Shown: one piece after another, positions 37,808 to 51,494 of the stretch
Layout: each line of letters begins with the position of its first letter
Numbering within the stretch: the stretch's first letter is position 1
Assembly (NCBI GenBank): GCA_038087875.1
Contig: JAXLNO010000709.1
Location: 434,001 to 498,000, forward strand
Source of the DNA: Malacoraja senta
Lineage: Eukaryota
Reading direction: 5' to 3'
DNA: 64,000 bases
Notes under the pieces: model-generated
Databases searched by the model: none
Told to the model about the DNA's origin: nothing
Seen by the model: the letters and a program-made list of their open reading frames with translations, nothing else
Program-made: the position numbers and the translations under genes

Positions 37808-38945
37808 GTTTCTCACAAATCAGATTGAGTTTTTTGAAGACGTGACCAAAAAGGTCAATGAGGGCAGAGCTGTAGCTGTTGTATATATGGACTCCAGTAA
37901 AGCATTCGACAAGGTTCCTCATGGTTTGCTGCTCTGGATGGTTAGATCGCAGGGGTTCCAAGGAGAAATAGCTGAATGGATGGAAAATTGGCTTCAGCGA
38001 AGCAGAGGATGATGGTAGAAGGTTGCTTCTCAGACTAGAGGCCTGTAATTAGTGGTGTGCCTCAGGGTTCGGTGCTGTTTGTCATCTATATCAATGATTT
38101 GGATGAGAACACGGTGAGTTTAGTAAGTTTGCGGATGATACCAAAGTGGGTGATTTTGCAGATAGTGGAGATGGTTGTGAAAAATTGCAAAAGGATCTTG
38201 ATCAATTGACCAGATGGGCTGAGGAATGGTTGATGGGATTTAATGCAGACAAATGTGAGGTGATGCATTTTGAGAAGTCTAACACGGGCAGGACCCACAC
38301 AGTGAATGGTAGGACTCTGGGTAGTGTTGTAGAGCAGAGGGATCTAGGAATGCTGAGTATAGAAGTTGGGAGGTCATGTTGCAGTTGCATAAGATGTTGG
38401 TGAGGCCGCATTTAGTGTATTGTGTTAAGTTCTAGGCATCGTGTTATACGAAAGAAATTGTCAAGCTGGAAAGGGTACAGAGAAGATTTACGAGGATGTT
38501 GCCAGGACTAGAGGGTTTGAGCTCTGGACAGAGGTTGAGTAGGCTGGGACTATTCCTTGGAGTGTAGGAGGATGAGGGGTGATCTTGTAGAGGTGTATAA
38601 GATCATGAGAGGAATAGATCGCACAGATGCACATCATCTCTTGCCCAGTGCAGGGGAATCAAGAACCATAGGGTTTAAGGTGAAGTGGGAAAGATTTAAT
38701 AGGAATTTGAAGGGTGAATTTTTTTACACAAAGGATGGTGGGTGTATGGAATGAGCTGCCAGAGGAGGTAGTTGAGGCAGGGACTATTGCAACATTAAAA
38801 AAAAACAATTAAACAGGTACATGGATAGAACCTGGGAAGGATATGGGCCAAACGCAGGCAGGTGTGACTAGTGTCAATGGAACATGTTGGTCGGTGTGGG
38901 CAAGTTGGGGCATAGTGCCTGTTTCCATGCTGTATGATTCTCTGG
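37808..38945 (+). mobile_element. Older CR1-clade LINE, second subfamily
   Basis: EFFEDVTK, KAFDKVPH, KFADDTK and FNADKCEVMHF motifs with stops and frameshifts. Confidence 0.85.
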
Positions 38946-39329
38946 TACTCTTATGTCAGATTACAGTATATAATTTATAGTGTATTGCACATCTTTTTTT
39001 ACTATTACCAACCCAGAACTGAAAATTTATTGTTTCTTTCATCTATATTGGTGCTCTGCTTTTCCTGTATCCCAGAGGAATGATATCATTTTTCCCTGTC
39101 ACCTTTTGCCCTTCTTAGATCCTTCTACACTCTTTAAAAACTAAAGAAAACCACTTACATTTACGTTGATCTATTCCTGACCTAATGCCTCAAACTAGAG
39201 AAGGTCCAGTTGAACTGCAGCGAATGTAATGTAGATTCCTGCACACAGCAAGGTGGTCATGAGCAGAACATTTGTTTTAGTGATTTAGTCTGGACTTTTG
39301 GTTTATCATTTTAGTTTAGTTTATAGATT

Positions 39330-39931
39330 ATAGATAGAAACATAGAAACATAGAAAATAGGTGCAGGAGTAGGCCATTCGGCCCTTCGAGCCTGCACCGC
39401 CATTCAATATGATCATGGCTAATCATCCAACTCGGTATCCTGTACCTGCCTTCTCTCCATACCCCCTGATCCCTTTAGCCACGAGGGCCACATCTAACTC
39501 CCTCTTAAATATAGCCAATGAACTGGCCTCAACGACCTTCTGTGGCAGAGAATTCCACAGATTCACCACTCTGTGTGAAAAATGATTTTCTCATCTCGGT
39601 CCTAAAAGACTTCCCCTTATCCTTAAACTGTGACCCCTTGTTCTGGACTTCCCCTACATCGGGAACAATCTTCCTGCATTCAGCCTGTCCAACCCCTTAA
39701 GAATCTTGTAAGTTTCTATAAGATCCCCCCTCAATCTTCTAAATTCTAGCGAGTACAAGCCGAGTCTATCCAGTCTTTCTTCATATGAAAGTCCTGCCAT
39801 CCCAGGAATCAGTCTGGTGAACCTTCTCTGTACTCCATGGCAAAAATGTCTTTCCTCAGATTTGGTGACCAAAACTGAACGCAATACTCCAGGTGTGGCT
39901 TCACCAAGACCCTGTACAACTGCAGTAGAAC
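39330..39931 (-). mobile_element. CR1 3' fragment inserted in the tail of a V-SINE
   Basis: Near-identical to 17415-18020; SINE tail TTTAGTTTAG on the left and SINE body on the right. Confidence 0.85.
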
Positions 39932-40552
39932 CTAGATACAGCGTGGAAACAGGGCCTTCGGCCCACCGATTCCACACCGACCATCTACAGTATGCATGTT
40001 AACACTATCCCACTGATATCCTACAGCACTAGGGACAATTTACAATGTTACCAAGTCAATTAACCTACAAACCTGTACATCTTTGGAGTGTGGGAGAAAA
40101 CTGAAGTTCCTGGAGAAAACCCAAGTTGGTCATAGGGAGAACGTACAAACTCCATGCAGACAGCAGCCATAGTCAGGATCGAACCAAGGTCTTTGGCGCT
40201 GTAAGGCAGCAACCTTACCACTGCGCCACTATGCCGCCCTTATTTAATCCATTGTGCACTTCTTCAATAGCACACTGGAGCGCCAGCATGCAGGTTCGAT
40301 CCTGACCTCGGCTGCTGTCTGTGAGGAAATTACACATTCTCCCTGTGACCGCATGGGTTTCCTCCGGGTGATCCGGTTTCCTCCCACATCCCAAAGATGT
40401 GTGGGTTTGTAGGTTAATTGGCCTCTGTGAATTGCGCCTGGTGTGCTGGGAGTGGATTAGAAAGTGAGATGAAATGGAGCTGGTGTGAACGGGTGATGGA
40501 TGGTCAGTGAGCTGAAGGGCCTGATTCCATGCTGTATCTCCAAAACTAAACT
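39932..40552. mobile_element. Two head-to-head HE1-like V-SINEs (39932-40240 minus; 40277-40552 plus)
   Basis: Opposite-orientation V-domain copies. Confidence 0.8.
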
Positions 40553-41039
40553 AGGCTCCAGCCGACTCAAAATTTATTACTTCAACTGTGGTTTTGGAAC
40601 TTGCAACTGGATGGCCAAGTCCGAGTTTGTAAAGAACCTTGAGAAATGTTGCCACATCAAAGTCAATAATAAATTCAAGTCTTATTATGAGACCAAACAA
40701 CCCTGTGACTTGGTCTGTCTGTCCTTGAGCATGTGGTTCCTGAGGTTTATAGGAAGTCTACAGCATGTTTCATAGCCATTCCTTCCACCCTTAGGGTGAT
40801 ATGATTGCATTATTTGTTTTATTCAATGGCCAACAGTTAATGGTTTTATTATATTTAAGGGTGCCAAAGAATATGGGGAGAAGGTGGGAGAATGGGGTTG
40901 AGAGGGAAAAATAGATCAGCCATGATTGAATCGACTCGATGGGTCGAATGGTTTATTTCTGCTCTTACATCTTATGGTATATGAGCAGGGAAATGTTTCT
41001 GTAAATGGATGCTACTGACCAAAGCTCTCCGTTAAAATC

Positions 41040-41397
41040 TGTAGGAAAGAGCTGCGGATGCTGGTTTACTTTGAAGGTAGACACAGAAAGCTGGAGTAAC
41101 TCAGCTGGACAGGCAACATCTCTAGAGAGAAGGAATGGGTGACGTTTTGGGCTTATCCCGCTGAGTTACTCCAGCATTTTGTGTCTGCCTTCGGTGTAAA
41201 CCAGTATCTGTAGTCCTTTCCTACACATTTTGTCTGTTCCACTGCAAAATCTCCTCAAGGTATGCCTACTTTGAAGAAGTTCTCCTCCTCTCTCCAACGA
41301 GAGAAGAGTCTTGACCTGATACGTCACCCATTCCTTCTCTCCAGAGATGCTGCCTGTCCCACTGAATTACTCCAGCATTTTGTGTCTAGCTTCGTTA
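41040..41397. mobile_element. Cluster of Penelope-derived fragments
   Basis: Inverted and direct copies of the same repeat. Confidence 0.6.
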
Positions 41398-41412
41398 GAA
41401 TTGTTCGGCCAA

Positions 41413-42300
41413 GAATTTGAGGCAGGTACATTAACAATATTTAATAGATATTTGGACAGGTTAATGAATAGAAAAAGTTTTGAGGGATATGGGCAAACAT
41501 TGGCAACTGGGAGTATCTTAGATGGGGCACTTTGGTTAGCATGGACAAGTTGGGCCAAAGGGCCACTTTCCGTGCTGTATTACTCTATGAGTAAATCTCT
41601 ACTCTTTTTCGATATTGTGCTAAATACAGTTAACAAAACATTGGGTTCAATCTCTGTTTACGCCGTTTGGTTAATTTGGAAATTAAAACGGAACTATTTC
41701 CACAGAATACAAGGAATGTTTCCATCCAATATTTTTTGTGTGTGCTGGTTGTGTTGTGAACAATTAGATCAAGCATAAAAGGCTGAACCAGAAGATCAAA
41801 CTTTTCAGTTGCATTTTACAATCTTTATTGCAGTAGGAACACACAAGTATGTTTTAATGCAGTTGTTCTGCAAGATTTTTATAGAAAGCGTAAATATTAA
41901 CAAATTATATAGCATATGGTTTGTGACCACCACTTTATTCCCTCAGATCCGTCCGGTAATTATGTCACACTTACGTAATTAGGTATTGCACACTGGAAAC
42001 GTGTAACTGTCTTTAGCCATTTAACTGTCAGTATACAAGTCAATTTTACTAGATTAGAAACTAGCAGAAATATACCTCCAGCATTGGCCCACACAAGAGG
42101 AATTTGAGGCAGGTACATTAACAATATTTAAAAGATATTTGGACAGGTTAATGAATAGAAAAAGTTTTGAGGGATATGGGCAAACACTGGCAACTGGGAG
42201 TAGCTTAGATGGGGCACTTTGGTTAGCATGGACAAGTTGGGCCAAAGGGCCACTTTCCGTGCTGTATTACTCTATGAGTAAATCTCTACTCTTTTTCGAT
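41413..42300 (+). repeat. 201-bp dispersed direct duplication (41413-41613 and 42100-42300)
   Basis: About 3 mismatches by eye, including the non-TE 3' flank. Confidence 0.9.
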
Positions 42301-42721
42301 TAATTCTAGTAACATTAATTTTCTGTTTCCTATTCAAGTGCATTCAACCTATTTCTCTACGATTCTAATTTATCTTACACATTATAGTTCAGCTGCATGC
42401 CTTCACTGATAAACTAGTATTAAGCTTGCCTTAATAAACACGAATGCACACTCCTTAAAATCCCTTTCTTCCCAGAAAATAATCAAGCAATAGGTTCAGA
42501 ATGGTGATGAGGAGGAATTTATTTTGTGAGAGGGTGGTGAATCTGTGCAATTCATTGCCACAGACAGATGTGGAGGCCAAGTCATTGGGTATTTGTAAAG
42601 TGGACATTGATAGGTTCTTGTTTAGGAGAGAACTGCAGATGCTGGTTTAACTCGAAGGTAGACACAAAATGCTGGAGTAATTCAGCGGGACAAGCAGCAT
42701 CTCTGGGGAGAAGGAATGGGT

Positions 42722-42749
42722 GACGTTTCGGGTCGAGACCCTTCTTCAG
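42722..42749 (-). ncRNA. Minimal hammerhead core, intact copy (antisense in VCAN intron 1)
   Basis: Reverse complement identical to 9993-10020. Confidence 0.6.
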
Positions 42750-42967
42750 ACTCGGAAGGTTCTTGATTAGTACTGGCTTCAAAAGGTTCTAGGGGAGAAT
42801 GGAATTGAGAGAAAATATATCTCAGCCAGGATTGAATAGCGGAGCAGACTCCATGGGCTGAATGACCGAATTCTTCTGGTCTGATGTTCCTACAGTTTTC
42901 AGTTGGATGATTTGTAAAATATTTAACATCATCTAATTATCAACATTAGAATTCAACTGGTATTCAG

Positions 42968-43330
42968 TACATAGATACATAGACGATAGGTTCAGGGGTA
43001 GGTCATTCAGCTCTTCGAGCCAGCACCGCCATTCTATGTGATCATGGCTGATCATCCACAATCAGTACCCTGTTCCTGCCTTCTCCCCATATCCTTTGAT
43101 TCCGCTAGCCCTAAGAGCTCCATCTAACTCTCTTTTGAATGCATCCAGTGAATAGGCCTCCACGGTAGAGGCAGAGAATTCTACAAATTCACAACTCTCT
43201 GGGTGAAAACGTTTTTCCTCATCTCAGTTCTAAATGGCCTACCCCTTATTCTTAAACTGTGGCCCCTGGTTCTGGACTCCCCCAACATCGGGAGCATGTT
43301 TCCTGCATCTAGCGTATCCATTCCCTTTAT
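42968..43330 (-). mobile_element. CR1 3' fragment just upstream of VCAN exon 2
   Basis: ACATAGAT tail repeats and CR1 3'UTR. Confidence 0.8.
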
Positions 43331-43419
43331 GTAGTAATCTGCTATACTGATATATCTATGGTGGTGAATCAGCTGTGTTTTGATAGATAATGTGGGTTTT
43401 TTTCTCTCTATAGGTCAAA

Positions 43420-43489
43420 ATGATATTACATTTAATAGATATCCTGTGGATATGCACCTCGTTGATGTTAGCATCATCGGTACACTCAA
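43420..43489 (+). CDS. VCAN: Versican exon 2 coding part, signal peptide MILHLIDILWICTSLMLASSVHS (exon 43414-43489)
   Basis: Acceptor tttttttctctctatag|, 6-nt UTR gtcaaa, ATG at 43420, 70 coding nt, donor |gtaagt; phase 1 joins exon 3 in frame; ILWxC motif and 76-nt size as recalled for human exon 2. Confidence 0.9.
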
Positions 43490-45093
43490 GTAAGTACATT
43501 AGCTTGGTCTTCTCTTTGTTGGTCTCATACTTATGCACTTTGTGCATCAAATTAAAAAGGATTGCTATGTAAATGTGGTGAACTTTTGGAAAGAAAATAG
43601 TTGTGCACTTGCAAAATTGCAGTAATTAATAATATATTTTGCCTTTTGCCACCTTTTCTTACATGAAAATAGTTGCAATGAACGTGATATCAATTTTTAA
43701 GCACCAAGACATAGTATGTTTACAATGTGTGAAGTTTGATTGGGCTCTTCAATGTGATTTAGAACCAGAATAAAATCATTGATGATCAAAATGTGACTAG
43801 TGTAGCTGGGACATGTTGGCTGGTGTGGGCAAGTTGGGCCGAAGAGCCTGTTTCCAGACTGTATCACTCTATGACTTAAAAAGCACTCAATGTTCACATT
43901 TCTTGTGGATATTGACTAACACTGTTTTCTTGCCATCTCATGGATAGCCATTCCTCATCTGTGTCCTTATGTAGTGAGTAGTGGCAAGCTACTCATGAAG
44001 AGCACCACAACCGAGTCCATCCTAACCTTCTTCACATCCACCAATATCACTTTTCAACAGGGACTGGACATTGTAGTAGCCCACTTTTTAAAAAAAAAGA
44101 TGAAAACTGATCTATGTTGCAATCGACCTTGGTTGTACTGAGATCTAATGAAAATAGATTGATTGGCTAATCATATGAATCAGTTGTCTACAACAGAACA
44201 ATAAATGACCTGAAGAAAGACTCAGCAAAAAGTTTTGTGAACTGAGCCAACTTTTTGTTTACCCATCTTTGCTACAATAACCACATTTCAGGTTGCAAAT
44301 TACCTATATTAATAGCAGGATTCCTCAGTGGTACAAATTTGTCATTTTATTTCTTCCATAAAAATGACAACGTCCAATACTCTCCCCAACTTTATACTTT
44401 TGTCACCCTGATATTTCTCATTTCAACAATTGTGCTTTTAAAGATAACTTTATCATCAGAGCAGCAATAGTTACAATCATGCTATTTATTACACTTCTTA
44501 CGGATCAGTCCTTTTCGATGTTACTCATGGAAAATACAACCTTATAAAACCAACAACAAAAAAATCCTTAACAAATATGTCAGTAGTACGTAGTCCAATC
44601 AAACAACAGGAACAGGTCTGTATTAAAACAGAAATGAACAAATCTCTGGAGGCCAATAACACATGAAAGTTGAGAAAAGTATGGAGCTGATTAAATCTAT
44701 AAATCCAGACCCTCATTAGACCCTCCTTGTGTGGCTTTAAATAAAGTCATGATGACATTTCAATAATATTCGGCAGCAAGTTTATTTGGTCAGATTAGAA
44801 GCATAGCAATTATAATAATTTGAAGGCTCAGGGCCAGGGGTGGAGACATTTCATTTGTAATTGGCAGTTGAGTTTGTCGTGCACTCCCAGGCATCCAGGG
44901 CCTTGCACTGCCAGTAACAGGCATCGCTGAATAAACCTGTAAAACTCTGCCCATTCGTATTTGTAAAATGAATGGGGCTGGAGGAGAGGCTGGTGTTGAC
45001 GGAGGTGGGATGGGTGGGTGGTGGAAGAGGCAGCCGCAGTCATCGCAACGATTGAAAAGGACTGGTCAGGTTACCTTCCTCCGATTGTTAGTA

Positions 45094-45473
45094 CAGTAAA
45101 CCCTGGCAGCGACGGACCTCTATATAGCGGATTTTGTTTACAGTGGACGGACCGAGGCTCCTGTTGCACCACTTCCACACTTCCGCCAGTTACCCGATGA
45201 CTTGGCATCACGCTGCATGCTTCTGGTCACGGGAGTGGCGAGAGTGAGCGGCATGAGTACCGTGCCTGTCCCCACGTGCGTGGGGCCGGGGGCTCTGCGG
45301 CTCCCCGGCCTGTAAATTCCGCATGGTTTAATCCGCCCCCCCCCCCCCCCCCCTTATGCTACATTTCTTCCCTCCCGGCCGCACACCCTTACTCGGTTAT
45401 AGCGGACAATCGGCAATAACAGACACCATCTCCCCCACTCCCCCCAATGGTTCACTATTGCGAGGGTTTACAG
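45094..45473. mobile_element. Tc1/mariner (pogo/Tigger-like) MITE
   Basis: TA|CAGTAAACCCT ... AGGGTTTACAG|CA imperfect TIRs; GC-rich interior. Confidence 0.6.
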
Positions 45474-46639
45474 CAACGCCATTGTCAGTGGAGGGCAGGA
45501 AATGATTGTAATTGGCACTGCTTCTGCAAATGGGGCATTAGTATTAGCAGGTTGAGTTGGTGGAGTGCCAATATGTCAGAGGGTTGGAGGGAATAATAGA
45601 AGTAAGGAGGGGCAAGCTTGAGAGGAATTAGAAAGTAAGCATGAAATTTTAATGTTAAAACCTCCGTCAGTGCTCATATTTTAAACTCAAGGATCCTCAG
45701 TGAAAAATTGCGTCTCAGTTACTTCTCTTTGCTGAATGCATGAGCAAAGACTCCTCCCTGTAGGCAGGTAGCTATCTAATGTAGAAGATGGTCTTGTCCC
45801 CTCATATTGTATTAAAGAAATAGTTTGTGTAGCATTACTGGGCCATTCCTAACCTTGCGTCCAAACCTCAGAAGATCCCTATTCGCTATGTCCATATGAT
45901 ATTTCCTGTTGCCGATCCCAAACACTTTTTGTTTCCTCAATACTGATTAAAATGCCCTGCTTTTACATGTATTTTGTAAAATAATTAATGGATTAAGCAT
46001 TAATTGATTATACCAAATATGGGTATATTTGCTACTTCATAATAAAAGCTAATTATATCGAAAATTTAAGGAATTATTCAAAAACCATAATTTTTGCAAT
46101 ATTATGAAATGAAGTTAGCAAATTCATGGCATTGTGATTAAATAATTTACATTTTTAGGGCTCCACACCTCTGGTTTCCATTCAGTGCTGCACAAGTGTT
46201 TTAAATAAAATGTAATTCCTCTCAACTCGCATTTATTGGAGCTTTGGGAATAAGGGAGGATAATGTAGTGAGGCAGCTGCAGTTTAAACAGTTAAGCTGG
46301 AGATTTTGATTCAGTATTTCCAGGAATAGAGCAGGTGATGCTGGAAATGGCTGAAGTAATTAGGTGGAGCTGTTGATGGCAAGACTCACTAAACTCTTGC
46401 ACACCCATTCCTGGCAAACACACCACGAAACAACATTTCATAAAATGAAAAGAGTGGACAAAATGGATTTTAGATATTTTGATGCAATATGTTCCCATGC
46501 ATTAAATCCATTCAAGTGATAAACAGATATGTGAAAATTAAGACAAAAACAGTAAATGTTGGAAATACTCAGCAGATAAGACTACATCTTGTGGAGGAGA
46601 GCTGATGGAGTTTGCAAACTGAAACTTTGACTGTTTCTC

Positions 46640-47145
46640 ATCTGAGTCATACAGAGTGGAACTGGGCCCTTTGACCCAACTTGCCCACGCCGACCAACAT
46701 GCCCTATCTAACTGGTCCCACCTGTCTGTACTTTGCCTATATCCCTCTAAAATCTATCCTGTCCATTTACCTGTTAAATGTTTTTTTAAATTTGTGAAAG
46801 TACCTGCCTCAGCTACCTCCTCCATCTGCTCGTTCCATATACCTACCACCCTCTGTGCAAAAATAAATAAATAAATAAAAATGCTTTTCAATGCTTTTAG
46901 GTTCCTATTAATTATTTCCCCCCTCATCTTAAACCTATACCTTCTGGTCCTTGGTTCCCCTATTCTGGGTTAAAGACTATGCATTTACCCTATCTATTCT
47001 CTCATGATTTTTTACAATATAAGATCACCTCTCGTCCTCCTGTGCTCCAAAAAATGAAGTCCTAATCTGCTCAACCTCTCCCTATAGCTCAGGCCCTTGA
47101 GTCCTGGCAACACCCTTGTAAATCTTCTCTGCACACTTTCCAGCT
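46640..47145 (-). mobile_element. Degenerate CR1 3' fragment
   Basis: CR1 3'UTR and C-terminal coding similarity. Confidence 0.65.
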
Positions 47146-48465
47146 CTTCCAACGCAAGGGGCCCGATCTCCTGAGTATTTCCAGCTGGTTCTGTTTTAGT
47201 TTTACATTGTGTTTACTGATTTATATTTCCTTGTAAAATGAAGATGTACACTCCAAAGAATGAATGGACTTGTAGTGAAAATCTCTAAATCGAAAATTTG
47301 AACATCAAATTTGTAGTGTTACAATTTGTAATTTAGTAATCGTGTCCCAAAGTCGCAAGAGATGGGTACTGACAAAAGGCATGATCATAACTTGTGGAGG
47401 TTGTTGGTCATGGCAGTGCGTGCACATAGACTCAAGGAACAGAGCTATCTGAGACACAAGTTTCATTCCATTCCAAGATTTGCAGGTCATCTTCCCTCTT
47501 CACCCGTATTTTAAACAAAATGTATCTCAATTGTGGCTATAAAAGTACCTCCTCAACTCTACAAGGCTTCTGCAAATCATCAATAAGGCACGTAAAACCC
47601 CTGCCAGGAAAAATATAAGACTAAAATTGGAAGACCAGATAACAGTTAGCACCAAGAAAAGGCAGAATTATTCCAAGCTGTGGGAAAGTTGTTGGTTTTG
47701 CTGCCCTTGGTATGTTGTTTTATTACTGGAAGAAAATATGCTTTACAATTTTGGGTGAGGTGGGGAAGAAAAATGTAAAAATTAGGGAGGTGAGAACAAA
47801 GTTGGCCATGGACTTGAGATGTGCTTGTTGCAAAGCTAAACATGGTGGTGGGAAGTAAACAAGAGAATGCTTGGAATACTCAGCAGGGCAGGAGGCATCT
47901 GTGGAATTGAGCTAACATTTCATATTGACGACCTTCCACCAAAATTCTGATGAAAGGTCGTAGATTTGAAACTTTAATACTCTGCCCTTTTCCTGCCAAA
48001 CTGTCTCCTTCCAGCATTCTCTAGTTCATTTCAGATTTTCAGCAACTGCAGTACTTTGCCCATGGAAAATATGTTAGTGGTTCTCCTAATCCTGCTTTCT
48101 CATCAACTCTGAGAAGCAGCGCAGAATGCAATCTTAAAAGAAAAATGTCAAAACGCATATAAGAATAATTAAATACCAAGTAAAGTTTTTAAATATACTA
48201 AAATAAACCTTGATAATATGTTTCCAAAACCAAAATCACTAAATAGTTGATCGACACAAAATGCTGGAGTAACTCAGTGGGTCAGGCAGCATCTCTGGAG
48301 AAAAGGAATAGGTGACGTTTCTGGTCGAGACCCTTCTTCAGACAGAGTCAGGGGAAAGGGAAACGAGAGATATAGATGGTGGGATCTGTTTGTTAAAGGA
48401 ATAGTTTTATAAACTCAACTAGTTATGGATTTGTTCATCGTGATTTCTTTTTTCATTGCCCTCAG

Positions 48466-48870
48466 CACATGACAGCGAGAAGATGATGAAAATTAAGATT
48501 AAGAGGAGCTCTCACGTGAAAGGCAACCTTGCCAGTTTTGTGTCCCTTCCTTGCCACTATTCAATGCTGGCCACACTTCCGCCCTCCAAACAATCCGTTC
48601 AGGAATTCCCACGCATCAAGTGGACAAAAATAGAGGAAGAAAAGGATGGAAAAGTCAAGAAGGAAACTTTAATTCTAGTGGCACATAACGGTGTGATAAA
48701 AATTGCTGCTGATTACGATGGCAGAGTGGCAGTGCCCAAACATCCTGAGAGTATGAGTGATGCAACTCTGACCATTTGTCGTCTACGGGCCAGCGATACT
48801 GGTCTTTACCGCTGTGAGGTAATGATCGGCATTGAAGATGAGCAGGACACCGTCTCCTTGGACGTTACTG
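48466..48870 (+). CDS. VCAN: Versican exon 3, G1 Ig-like V-type domain
   Basis: ctcag| acceptor, |gtaagt donor, 405 nt, phase 1-1; VSLPCHYS...TLPPS...RIKWTKIE...DTGLYRCEVMIGIEDEQDTVSLDV matches the versican Ig domain. Confidence 0.96.
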
Positions 48871-51494
48871 GTAAGTTGGCTCTTGGCTGCGGTAATATTG
48901 AAGTTTGACTAAAGGCCAGTGGACTAACACCATCGCGATGCTTGCATAGATAGAATTAGTATAGATAATTAGTTGCCCATTCTGTGATACACATACACTA
49001 CTGTAGAAAATAGCTATGATAGGATACAATAGAACTTTATTTATCCCAGGAGGGAAATTGACCTGCCAACAGTCATAAAAACACAAAATACACAAACAAA
49101 ATATATGAAATTAAGATGACGAGTGGAAAGGCTTGGGGGATGTGCAAAGATTGGGGAAGGGGGCAGGGTAGTTGGTATCAGTCTACCCCATGACAGAGGG
49201 GGGAGGAGTTATAAAGTTTGATAGCCACAGGGAAGAAGGATCTCCTGTGGTGTTCTGTCCTGCATCTTGGAAAGATCTAAATGCTGTCCAGTTAATTTTG
49301 TTTTAAATTTATGTTTCAAAACAAAGCCCTAATTAGAAGGAACAGAAATGGCTATATTTGTCACCATTTCATCTTGCATCTATTTAATCTAAGCTGTGGG
49401 AAAGTTGCTGGTCTAAGATGTAAACCCCATCAATAGGGATGATATTATAGTGTTGTAATGGGGGGTTAAAAAAGTGAAAGAAATCCTCCCAGTCCTCATG
49501 CAGTTAACATCACTGTAGGTATCATCTTTCATTAAATCTTTTTGGACATGAAAATAGATGGCCTCTTTACCATTTGAATAGCAACCAGTATACCACAATG
49601 CAATTGGATATAAAAACCGTATAAAACAGTTTGTTAAGATTTTTAAGGTGCTATATGCTAAACACTCCCACCTTCCGTTCATGATTTTTAAAGAATATTT
49701 ATGCTGCTAATGGCATAGGTGGCATTAGTTTAGTTTATTGTCACATAGTTTATTGTCACGTGAAAAGCTTTTGTTTACCAAATGTGTTAACCAGTCAACG
49801 GAAAGACAATACATGATTACAATGATACTTGACGACAATGAAATAAATGCAAGTTGAAAATTGCTGTTTTACATTGTGTTGGGATTTTGTAACTAGAAGT
49901 AAATGTTTGAAACTACATCTGTGATTCAGAAAAGGATTGCCAATTGAGCCAAGATGCAATCAATGTGTTTGATTATGTTGGTGAATAGCTTGATATACTG
50001 CATTTTCCCCATAGCCTCTATCAATACCAAATTACATTGACCAGTTTCTCTTAAAATCCTTTGGCTTGTGAAACCAGGTCCTTACTTGGGCTGGAAACCC
50101 CCCACCCCCCCCCAAAATGTAAAGCTGCTTCCATATAGTTGAGGCCATTTCTACCAAAACCTGCAAACAGAACATTCTTTCTCAAATGTAGGGCTACCAG
50201 GGATTATTTCACATTCAAGCGGTGGATTTTGGGATGTACATAGTGACTGCAGTTGTAATGCAATATTTAAGACTTCAAATATGTTTGAAGCAACCCTTAA
50301 TCCAAAAGAAGATCGTTATAGCTGCTTTCAATTTCCCTGATTACTTAGTAACTGTTATCCTGTCCACAATTTCAGATCAATTGACATCCATGTGATAAAT
50401 GTCAAATATTAATGGTGTGGTATGGTATTTAAATGAAGTCATATGTACCAAGGTACAGTGAAATTCATTTTTGTATAGTTCAGTACAATTATCACTATAC
50501 ATTAGCACTTAGATAATATTAGATAAGCATGTCAGATACAGTACAAGTGTACAGCAGTAGTACACTGAGACAGTATACAGAGCCGCAAGTATGGTGCCAT
50601 TTTTAAGTTCCATTTGTTGTAAGTGCAGGGATCTTGACCTGAAGGTCTGCTGTCCTGGCAGCGTTCCAGGGTCGGCCTGGTCAAGTGTAGCCGTGGTGTC
50701 CGTTAATGACAAATGATCTGTCGATCTCACGCCCTAAATCCCTCTGACCCTAACCGTACTCTCACATTACCCATCCAAACTATGTTTAAGCATTGGGCAG
50801 TGAGTCAGCAGAGTCCATCAGCAAATGCATAAAACGTGGTAAGAATCATTCTTTTTTTTTCTCTCGCTCAAACGTTTTCCAGGAGGAGTCCTGGAATGAC
50901 ACAAGCCGGATTTTCCTTTAAGTGGTCCAGCAGCTCTGAGGCTAATTCCAAATCCCAAAAACTGGCTTACAGCTAAAATCAACCGTCTCAACACATGATG
51001 GGCAACCAATTTTACATCTGTAAACTGTGAAAGACAATTATAATCTCTTGTTCAAAACCACATGCCAGATGGCTGCCTTCTCTATTGATCTTTCTTGTTG
51101 GCACAATATAAATAGGTAACTTGCTTTCCAAAAGGTGAAAGCAGGCTGCTGAAGGATTTGAGTAGCTAGCGCATTTAAGGTACACTTTCATCCTGGCTTT
51201 ACTCTATAGTGCAAATGAGGATCTTTGATATTTTAGAAGCAGTTTCACCTGCAGCTAGGAATGATCCAGAGGCAATGATTGTACACATCTGGCTTAATGG
51301 CTCTTCACTGAAGTATGCTCAGGAAAGTGATACTTCCTTAGAGCGAAACTGATGAAAATTGGCTCCTTGATGTCCAGTTCACTGTGACAAATCCATTTCA
51401 GTGACATTACAGAAAGTTGCAGGCAAAGCGAAGGAGAAGAAACAACCCCCTGTGCTTTTGATGCATGTATTCAAAACTACCATTTCACCCACAG

